IMG/VR virus record: IMGVR_UViG_3300032247_000374
Coordinates: 1 to 38,393 of that record
From: a virus
Lineage: Duplodnaviria > Caudoviricetes
DNA length: 38,393 nucleotides
Direction: 5' to 3' (one strand)
The notes under the pieces were generated by a model. It searched no databases and was not told where the DNA came from. It saw only the letters and a list, made by a program, of their open reading frames with translations. Both the position numbers and the translations under genes were made by a program. Below are positions 9,182 to 16,705 of this stretch, one piece after another (position 1 is the stretch's first letter; the number at the start of each line of letters is the position of its first letter).

Positions 9182-12100
9182 ATGTTAAATTTTAATGTGG
9201 ATCCCTATTTTGACGATTTCGATCCAAGTAATAATTATCACAAGATTCTTTTTAAACCTGGTCGTGCTGTTCAAGCAAGAGAGTTAACTCAGGCGCAGAC
9301 AATTCTTCAGAATCAAATCTCTAATTTTGCAGACCATTTCTTTACTCAGAACACGCCAATCAAAGGCGGCAAGTTAACTATCAACACCAATGTTGAGTAT
9401 CTGAAACTAAACTATGAATATGCTGGTTCTGAAATTGTTGCTGCCGATCTAAAGAATCAATTTATCACAGACGATACTGATACTATTCGAGCACAAGTTA
9501 TTGCAACTGAAGAAGGCGTCACTGATGGTGATCCTCCTACTCTAATTCTAAATTATTATTCTTCTGATAAATTTTCAGCAAGTGCAAATGTTAGAAATCT
9601 AGATACATTAGAAGTCGTTGGTACAGTCGTTTCAGCAAACGCAAACGGCAAATCTTCTATTGCTTCTATTTCAAACGGTGTATTTTACATCGTCAATGGT
9701 TACTCAATGTCATCTAAACAAAATGATGATGGCACTTACAACAGATATTCTATTGGTAATTTTGTAGATGTATTGCCACAGACAATTATTCTGAATAAGT
9801 ATGACAGTATTCCGACAGCTAGAATTGGTCTAGATATCGTTGAGTATGTCACAGATTATGTTACAGATTCTACACTACTTGATCCTGCATTAGGTGCATC
9901 TAATTTTCAAGCGCCAGGTGCAGATCGATACACTATCAATTTAAATTTAACGACTAAGAAATCAACTGATACGGCGGGTTCAGATTCAAACTTTATTGAA
10001 TTGGCCAAAGTTGAATCGGGTCAAATTATCAGACTAGTGAATTCAACATCATATTCTCAGATTGATGATTACTTTGCAAAGAGGACATTCGAGACTAATG
10101 GTGACTATGTTGTTAACAACTTTAGTTTAATTCCAACAAAGAATACATTTCCAACAGGATCTGATAAGTATGTTCTCAGTGTCGGACCTGGCGTAGCATA
10201 TGTTCACGGATATAGAGCAGAAAATCAAGGCGCATTAAAACTTGACGGAAAAAGAGCGAGAACAACGTCCAACGTTAATAACAATATTATTACTCCATCT
10301 TATGGTAATTACTTTTATGTGAATACATTATTGGGTGCTAATGGTGAATATATCGACACCACTACACTTCAGACTATTGATTTTCATGTTAGTAATACGT
10401 TGATGATCAACACAACAAGCACTTCGACATATAATTCGACTCTTGCTGGAACAGGTAAATTACGTTTCCTTCGATACTCTACAAGTGGTACTGACTCTGA
10501 TACAACGTCTTACGTTTATAAAGCACACGTATCAGATTTATCTACCACATCTTTATCTGGCAGTATCACAAGTGCTACATCTACTGTTATAACCATCTCT
10601 GATGCCACTAATAAATTTTCCACCAGAGTCGCTAACTTATATGCTGGAATGACATTAAGAATTGATAGTGGTCCAGGAGCTGGACAAACAAGAACTATTC
10701 AATCTTATAACGCTTCGTCGAAACAACTCACAGTTTCCTCAGCGTTTACTGTTTTGCCAACGTCAGCTTCAACATTTTCGATTAAATTTGATATTAAAGA
10801 CATTAAGAGTATTGCAAGAGCTAGTGGATCTGGACCATACACTATATACGGTTCTGCACAGATTGATAGTAGAAGTAAGACTGGTCCACTAGGAACAGGC
10901 GACACAGTTCTCTCTGATGCTGGTGATGGAGAATTGGTTTTCCCTATTGGAAATCAGTACGTTAACACTGTAGCCGACACATCATATGTTTCATCTCAAG
11001 TGTATCGTGGTCAGTCATTTACGACAACCACAACTGGTGTTTATAAAACTATAACTATTGATTTTGCAGCACAATCGGTGTTAAACTTTACAAGAACTGC
11101 TGCAACAGAAAGCATCGATTCAGTAAAACAAAATTTTATCGTTATAGTCACAGATCCTCAGACTAATGCTAATTTGTCCGCTGGTCAAATTGTTCCATTT
11201 GTTAGTAATGCTGTCCCAGGATTGAATAGAACTGTTGTTGTTAATTCGGCAAAGACTAGTGTTACTCTATCTGCACCAGACCTTCAACCATTTGTTGCAT
11301 CAGTCTATTGTAGAATGAACGTTATTGGGGCAGACAATACAAGTTTTGTAAGAAAAACTAAAGCATTAGCTGTTGCGAATACTTATTCATTAGGAATAAG
11401 TGGCACTTCTGGCACAGTTAACACTAATACGTTAATAGATTTGACTAGAGGGCAAATCTATATCAATAGTACTTCTGCTGTTGTTAAAAATGGACTTCCA
11501 CAATCTCTTTATGTTTCTGACGTTAAGAGAATTGTTAAAATTATCGATCCGGGTGCAACAACACCAACGTTAGCAATGTTAACGGATGTGACTAAAGATA
11601 TAACTAACGATTACATCTTCGATAATGGTCAACGAGACACTTACTATGGTCATGCATCGATAAAATTAAAACCTGGTAGATCTGTTCCAACAAGACTTTG
11701 GATTCTGTTCGATTTCTATGAACATTCTGGTGGAGACGGTTATTTCGATGTTCGGTCATATACAAACGAAGACTATGCCGAAATTGGATCTTTCACTAGT
11801 TCTAGTAACACACCATATAAATTAAGAGATTGTATCGATTTTAGACCAGCCGTTAAAAATGTTCAATCTAATCCTAATTTAATTAAGTATTCTGTTACAC
11901 CAACACCAAGTAATTTTTATGGATCGTTAATTCCAGAAGATGAATCATCTTTCACTTGTGATTACTATTATTACTTAGGAAGAAAAGACATATTAGTTAT
12001 CACCAAAGATTCAGTTATTAAACTAATTGAGGGTGTTCCTAGTTTAAATCCAGAGTATCCATCTGAGGAAGCTAATAGTCTAGTTCTAGCAAAACTAGTA

Positions 12101-13255
12101 TATGATCCATATACTGCGTATATTCCTGGTGAATATCCTGGCGTTATTCCAAATTTATCAATCATTCCTGTCGCTCATAAAACATGGTTAATGAAAGATA
12201 TTACTACACTGAACGACAGAATTAAAAATCTTGAGTATTACACATCACTAAATCTATTAGAACAATCAACAGCATCCCTACAAGTTCAAGACGATCTTGG
12301 ATTAAATAGATTTAAAAATGGTATCTTAGTAGATAACTTTACAACATACAGTATCGCAGACACTCGTGATAAGAGTTATTTTGCACAGATAAACACAAAA
12401 GATAAAACTTTATCGGCTACTACAATCACTGAAAGTTTTCATTTGTATAACAAAGATTATGATCCTCTTTTATCTAAACAAACGTCTGGTGATTTAGTAG
12501 ATTATAAAGCACATAAAATTGGCACAACAAATGTCTTCACTTTACCTTATACACAGACGGAATTAGTTACTCAAAAATTAGCATCCAGATTTATCAATAT
12601 TAATTCTTTCTCTGCAAAAAATATTGAAGGTGTTATGCAGATTTCTCCTGCAATTGACAATTGGGTGGACGTTATAACTCCTCCGTCAAGTCAAGGAACA
12701 CAAGGTACAGTTGGAGTTGAAACACCAGTTTCTACACCGGTGGCGCAAACACCAGTAGTGACTGTGCCTCCACCTGAGTATTTCAAAATTGGACCTATTC
12801 CAGGAACATCTGTTACTTCTGTTTTCACCAGTAACAATCCTCCTTCTGGCGCTGGCGCAGTTTATATTTCACAACAAGGTGATGAGTGGGATCAATTTAG
12901 ACTTGAATATGGCGTATGGGGATATCCGGATCTAGGTGTAACGAATAAAACTTTTAGTAGAACATACACCGTAACATTCACTAAAAGCGGATACTATCAG
13001 TTCGAAGGTGCGGTTGACGATACAGGTTCAGTATCACTTGACGGCACTGATATTTTTGGAGCAATGGGATATTTCGGTGGAAAATACACACAGTATCTTT
13101 ACGTTGCCGCAGGTAATCATACGATTTCTTACACAGCAACAAATACGATAGATCTTGGATGTATGGCTTTAAGAGTCTCCTATTATGGCGAAGAACCATA
13201 TGTTGCAGTCGAACTAACACCATATATTTGGGAAACTTTCTCAGGTGGTTATTAA
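9182..13255 (+). CDS. VrlC/DUF4815-like baseplate/tail structural protein, N-terminal segment, with C-terminal PA14-like domain
   Basis: 1357 aa; NVDPYFDDF..ILFKPGRAVQARELTQAQTILQNQI, APGADR, AKRTFETNGDY, FDNGQRD, LRDCIDFRP, RIKNLEYYTSLNLLE, RFKNGILVDNF; position after gp8 as in T4-like aquatic phages. Confidence 0.85.
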   Translation: MLNFNVDPYFDDFDPSNNYHKILFKPGRAVQARELTQAQTILQNQISNFADHFFTQNTPIKGGKLTINTNVEYLKLNYEYAGSEIVAADLKNQFITDDTDTIRAQVIATEEGVTDGDPPTLILNYYSSDKFSASANVRNLDTLEVVGTVVSANANGKSSIASISNGVFYIVNGYSMSSKQNDDGTYNRYSIGNFVDVLPQTIILNKYDSIPTARIGLDIVEYVTDYVTDSTLLDPALGASNFQAPGADRYTINLNLTTKKSTDTAGSDSNFIELAKVESGQIIRLVNSTSYSQIDDYFAKRTFETNGDYVVNNFSLIPTKNTFPTGSDKYVLSVGPGVAYVHGYRAENQGALKLDGKRARTTSNVNNNIITPSYGNYFYVNTLLGANGEYIDTTTLQTIDFHVSNTLMINTTSTSTYNSTLAGTGKLRFLRYSTSGTDSDTTSYVYKAHVSDLSTTSLSGSITSATSTVITISDATNKFSTRVANLYAGMTLRIDSGPGAGQTRTIQSYNASSKQLTVSSAFTVLPTSASTFSIKFDIKDIKSIARASGSGPYTIYGSAQIDSRSKTGPLGTGDTVLSDAGDGELVFPIGNQYVNTVADTSYVSSQVYRGQSFTTTTTGVYKTITIDFAAQSVLNFTRTAATESIDSVKQNFIVIVTDPQTNANLSAGQIVPFVSNAVPGLNRTVVVNSAKTSVTLSAPDLQPFVASVYCRMNVIGADNTSFVRKTKALAVANTYSLGISGTSGTVNTNTLIDLTRGQIYINSTSAVVKNGLPQSLYVSDVKRIVKIIDPGATTPTLAMLTDVTKDITNDYIFDNGQRDTYYGHASIKLKPGRSVPTRLWILFDFYEHSGGDGYFDVRSYTNEDYAEIGSFTSSSNTPYKLRDCIDFRPAVKNVQSNPNLIKYSVTPTPSNFYGSLIPEDESSFTCDYYYYLGRKDILVITKDSVIKLIEGVPSLNPEYPSEEANSLVLAKLVYDPYTAYIPGEYPGVIPNLSIIPVAHKTWLMKDITTLNDRIKNLEYYTSLNLLEQSTASLQVQDDLGLNRFKNGILVDNFTTYSIADTRDKSYFAQINTKDKTLSATTITESFHLYNKDYDPLLSKQTSGDLVDYKAHKIGTTNVFTLPYTQTELVTQKLASRFININSFSAKNIEGVMQISPAIDNWVDVITPPSSQGTQGTVGVETPVSTPVAQTPVVTVPPPEYFKIGPIPGTSVTSVFTSNNPPSGAGAVYISQQGDEWDQFRLEYGVWGYPDLGVTNKTFSRTYTVTFTKSGYYQFEGAVDDTGSVSLDGTDIFGAMGYFGGKYTQYLYVAAGNHTISYTATNTIDLGCMALRVSYYGEEPYVAVELTPYIWETFSGGY
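12686..12700 (+). repeat. 15-bp direct repeat copy 1 (tcaagtcaaggaaca, SSQGT)
   Basis: Exact second copy at 14236-14250; both in codon phase. Confidence 0.9.
12900..13185 (+). other. PA14/GLEYA-like putative carbohydrate-binding domain
   Basis: FTKSGYYQFEGAVDDTGSVSLDG...LYVAAGNHTI resembles the PA14 pattern G.Y.F....DD...+.+DG...G.H.I; boundaries approximate. Confidence 0.6.
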
Positions 13256-13263
13256 CCACCTGA
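13241..13263. promoter_or_regulatory. perfect hairpin over the stop codon (TCAGGTGGTT-att-AACCACCTGA)
   Basis: 10-bp perfect inverted repeat, 3-nt loop; TAA 13253-13255 at the apex. No immediate U-tract, so function is uncertain. Confidence 0.6.
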
Positions 13264-13293
13264 TGAATAAAATTAATTTTTAAGAGAAAGTAA

Positions 13294-14790
13294 ATGGCAA
13301 CAACAACATCAATACCATCAACACCGGTTGCAATTCCATATTGCCGAGAAAAACAAATTAGTTTTTCAGTGTCTAATTTACTTTTCAACACTGAATTGGA
13401 TGCATGGTTGGATGAGTATCGTGTCACACGATTAATTAGAAGACCTAATACCATAAAAGTTACCAACACTTCTGGAAAATTTAAAGTTGGTGATACTGTT
13501 GGATATAAACCAACATCATCAACGTTTATCGGAGTTGGAACAGTTATTGATGTATACAAAGAAGAATCTGGTTCAATGTACAATATGACATTGTACATTA
13601 TTGATGATTTAGAAAATGTTCCAACAAATCTAGCTGTAGGCGGAACATTATATAATGGTTTCTTCGATTCGAGTGGATCATATTACAGTTCTTCGGATTC
13701 AGGCACAATATCAGCACTTGAACACTTATCAGGTAAAATTGCAACATCTGGTTCAGTAACAACAACTGTAACATTAAACGGTAGAGCATCTTCTGTTACT
13801 GACTACTATGTTGGTCAAACATTTAATATTGTAACTGTATCTGCGAAAACATCAACTGATACATTACATTCTGATGAAGTTGATGTGGATTATCCTATCA
13901 TAACAATTACTGCATATAACGGCTCGACTAAAGTTGCTACACTAAGTTCTGCTGTTTCTGTTATCGCTGGTGTCACTGTTTATTCGATTGGAAAACCTAG
14001 AAGTAATGAGATCGGTAAATGTTCTGGCGTTTTTTATATGCGTGGTGGTGTTTTTCCAACAGGTAAAAGAATCTTTAGACTCGATAATAGATATGTTTCA
14101 GTTAACGCCGGTCAATTGACACATAGACCAGGTACAGAAACAACGTATGCTACGGCAACTTATTTTGCATCTGGCGTAACTCAAAAAGCTACTGATTCTG
14201 AATTTTCTGCTGGAACAGGATCATCCACGTCAACATCAAGTCAAGGAACAACCGCATTATCAACACCAATTGCTAAAAGTGCTCCTGTTGTTGCTTCGGT
14301 TGATTATATTCCATGCACTGACGTTCATTATGGTGGCGGTTGTCCAGATCCTGATACATTAATCTTTATGCCAGACTTCTTGTGGGTTCGTGCGGGTGAT
14401 CTAAATGTCGGTGATTCTATCTTAACAATCCATGAACACACAAGAGATCCAGGTACATTTAAGATTCTAGAAGCAGAAAGAATTGTTCAACCCAAAGTTG
14501 AGATTGAATTTGCGAATGGCCAAAAACTTAAAGTATCCACTACTCATAAGTTTCTAATGTCTGACGATACATGGAAGAAAGTCTGCGACATTTCTGTCGG
14601 TGAAGCTGTTATGGGAATGAATTACGACGTTATCTATGATCTAAGTAGCAAAGAAATTGTTTCGATCACAGATATTGGAGAAGGTGAAGTAATTAAATTT
14701 GAGATTGAAGATGCACATACATACATTACAGAAGGTTTAGTTTCACACAATCAGAAAGCTGTGATAGACACAAACGTAGTACTCGCATAA
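13294..14790 (+). CDS. VrlC/DUF4815-like middle segment with C-terminal Hint (intein-like) domain
   Basis: 498 aa; IPYCREKQISF..LLFNTELDAWLD, SNEIGKCSGVF, FPTGKRIFRL, ATATYFASG resemble the mid-region of VrlC-like proteins; Hint motifs in the last 150 aa. Confidence 0.8.
   Translation: MATTTSIPSTPVAIPYCREKQISFSVSNLLFNTELDAWLDEYRVTRLIRRPNTIKVTNTSGKFKVGDTVGYKPTSSTFIGVGTVIDVYKEESGSMYNMTLYIIDDLENVPTNLAVGGTLYNGFFDSSGSYYSSSDSGTISALEHLSGKIATSGSVTTTVTLNGRASSVTDYYVGQTFNIVTVSAKTSTDTLHSDEVDVDYPIITITAYNGSTKVATLSSAVSVIAGVTVYSIGKPRSNEIGKCSGVFYMRGGVFPTGKRIFRLDNRYVSVNAGQLTHRPGTETTYATATYFASGVTQKATDSEFSAGTGSSTSTSSQGTTALSTPIAKSAPVVASVDYIPCTDVHYGGGCPDPDTLIFMPDFLWVRAGDLNVGDSILTIHEHTRDPGTFKILEAERIVQPKVEIEFANGQKLKVSTTHKFLMSDDTWKKVCDISVGEAVMGMNYDVIYDLSSKEIVSITDIGEGEVIKFEIEDAHTYITEGLVSHNQKAVIDTNVVLA
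14236..14250 (+). repeat. 15-bp direct repeat copy 2 (tcaagtcaaggaaca, SSQGT)
   Basis: Identical to 12686-12700. Confidence 0.9.
14341..14751 (+). other. Hint / BIL-type autoprocessing domain (137 aa, no endonuclease)
   Basis: Block A CPDPDTLIFM..RAGDLNVGDSI, block B LKVSTTHKFL, blocks F/G EIVSITDIGEGEVIKFEIEDAHTYITEGLVSHN; +1 residue Gln. Confidence 0.88.
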
Positions 14791-14808
14791 CAACGTGGAA
14801 AAAAATAA

Positions 14809-16467
14809 ATGGCACTAACGATTCTTGATCCATTAGCACAATCATTCATCATTGATTCTGCATCTTATCCATATGGTGTGTTTCTGAGTTCTATTCGGTT
14901 GTTTTTCAGAACAAAACCAACTGTTCAGATTCCAGTTCACTTATCTATCGTCACAACTCAGAACGCATATCCAACTGCGAAGATGTTAGACTATTCTGAA
15001 GTCGTTTTGCATCCAAGTGATATTAAAGTTTCAAATGAACCACAGTACTTAGATTCTACAACATATACTGAGTTTACTTTTCCTGCGCCTGTTTTTATTA
15101 AACCGGATGAATTGTATGCGTTTGTTTTAAGAACTAATTCGTCTGAGTACAATCTGTGGTGCGCACAACAAAATGATTTGCCTATACCATCTTCTGTAAA
15201 ATTGGTATCAACTGATGCGACTCCGGAAACTTTATCAAAAATAGCCAAGAGTCCATATATTGGAACATTGTATGAATCTCAGAACGGTATCAACTATGAT
15301 GCTGATCAAACAAAAGATTTAATGTTCGTCATCAATAGATGCAGTTTCACGGTGAGTTCTCAACCCGTGTTGAATTTTATAGTTCCAGATGGATTAAATA
15401 AAAATAGTCTGATTGAATCTGGTGGAAGTAAAAACTATTCAGCTAACGTCATATATGACCAGTACAATCTATCTGTCTCGGAACTTAAATCTGAGAAAAC
15501 TAGAATCGATTATTCAACACAATTAATGTCAAATACTTCTTTCTCATTAGAAGCAGATAAACCTGTAAGTCCTGGTATTTATGGAGTTCCTTCTGCGAAA
15601 ATGATTTATTTGAATGATAATAATGGAAAACGTGTTCTAACAAAAGAGAATACAAGAGAATCATTTTATCTAAATGCAACATTAAGCTCTGAAGATGAGA
15701 AAGTTTCTCCTGTAATTTCTGATGATGGTACTAATTTATTTGTATCTAAAAATATTATTAATGAAATGCCTATCTCAAATAATATTATCGTTATTACTGG
15801 AGGCGGTACAGGATACTTAGGTGGTGCAAGTGGAAGATTGTATGGTAATATCTCCATTTCAGCACCAAATGAATCTGATGGTCAACAGGCAACGATTGAA
15901 GGTTATTGCACTTCAGGTGTACTATCTAAAATTTATGTGACTGATCCTGGATCTGGATACACAACGAATCCAACAATCTCAATCTCTGCTGCAAACACTG
16001 TCCCAGCCAATGTTTCGGTTTTCGGTGAAACATCATCTGCTGGCGGAAATGGTTTAGTTAGATATCAAACTATTCCTGTCGTTCTTGCATCAGGAAATGA
16101 TTCTGGGGATCTTCGTGTTTATATTACTGCGTATAGACCACTATACACGGACTTTTATGTTTATTATAAAATTATATCTAGAGGCGACACTCTTCAAATC
16201 GAAGAATCCTCATGGCAAAAGATGACGGTGACCAGTAAGAATACTAGATATTCAAGAACTAGAGATGAACTAATTGAATTAGAATTAGCACCTGGAACAG
16301 GAGGGGTAGCACAAAACTATGTGGCATACACTAATCCTAATACAGGAATAAAATATAACGATTTCTACAAATATGCAATTAAAATCGTCATGTCATCGTA
16401 TGATTCAACTTTCTGTCCATTCATAAAAGATATGAGAGTCATTGCACTACCACCAGGTTCATATTAA
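14809..16467 (+). CDS. VrlC/DUF4815-like C-terminal segment
   Basis: 552 aa; starts at DPLAQSF..GVFLSSIRLFF, T.FTFPAPVF, GTLYESQNG, DQTKDLMF, VSPVI, FYKYAIKIVM..P.IKDMRVIAL, characteristic of the VrlC-like C-terminal half. Confidence 0.83.
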   Translation: MALTILDPLAQSFIIDSASYPYGVFLSSIRLFFRTKPTVQIPVHLSIVTTQNAYPTAKMLDYSEVVLHPSDIKVSNEPQYLDSTTYTEFTFPAPVFIKPDELYAFVLRTNSSEYNLWCAQQNDLPIPSSVKLVSTDATPETLSKIAKSPYIGTLYESQNGINYDADQTKDLMFVINRCSFTVSSQPVLNFIVPDGLNKNSLIESGGSKNYSANVIYDQYNLSVSELKSEKTRIDYSTQLMSNTSFSLEADKPVSPGIYGVPSAKMIYLNDNNGKRVLTKENTRESFYLNATLSSEDEKVSPVISDDGTNLFVSKNIINEMPISNNIIVITGGGTGYLGGASGRLYGNISISAPNESDGQQATIEGYCTSGVLSKIYVTDPGSGYTTNPTISISAANTVPANVSVFGETSSAGGNGLVRYQTIPVVLASGNDSGDLRVYITAYRPLYTDFYVYYKIISRGDTLQIEESSWQKMTVTSKNTRYSRTRDELIELELAPGTGGVAQNYVAYTNPNTGIKYNDFYKYAIKIVMSSYDSTFCPFIKDMRVIALPPGSY

Positions 16468-16468
16468 A

Positions 16469-16705
16469 ATGTATAACGAAACTTTAGTTAAGGTGGACGG
16501 GTTAAATTTTGTCAGAGACATCAATACCATGCAGCTCTCTAACACCGACTACGCTGAGAGAAATGAATACTTTCTTAAAGTTAAACTATTGAAGACACAG
16601 AAACAAGAAATAAATAAACTAAATGATGAACTCTCATCGATTAAGAATGACATGCTAGATATTAAGAAACTATTAGCAGAATTAATCAAGGATAAAAATG
16701 TCTAA
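16469..16705 (+). CDS. small conserved coiled-coil protein following the VrlC-like gene
   Basis: ATG at 16469 (2 nt after the upstream stop) preferred over the track start at 16442; VKVDG.NFVRD..NTD then heptads INKLNDELSSIKNDMLDIKKLL. Confidence 0.75.
   Translation: MYNETLVKVDGLNFVRDINTMQLSNTDYAERNEYFLKVKLLKTQKQEINKLNDELSSIKNDMLDIKKLLAELIKDKNV

Noticed and set aside
13241-13280. Intrinsic terminator call for the hairpin
   Set aside because: No U-tract directly after the stem on either strand; kept as an unassigned hairpin.
12981-13789. Minus-strand ORFs of 205 and 63 aa across the split
   Set aside because: Antisense shadows of well-supported + strand genes with no recognisable motif.
14341-14751. 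Canonical mobile intein
   Set aside because: No homing endonuclease, +1 residue is Gln, and only a 12-aa C-extein in a linker context.
13253-14808. Pseudogene, frameshift error, stop readthrough or alternative genetic code explaining the VrlC split
   Set aside because: Both junctions have additional in-frame TAA stops and their own ATG with purine-rich leaders; TAA, TAG and TGA all end genes normally in this window.
5338-16616. Intragenic AATAAATA motifs at 5338-5345 and 16609-16616 as late promoters
   Set aside because: Inside coding sequence, imperfect match and expected by chance in AT-rich DNA.
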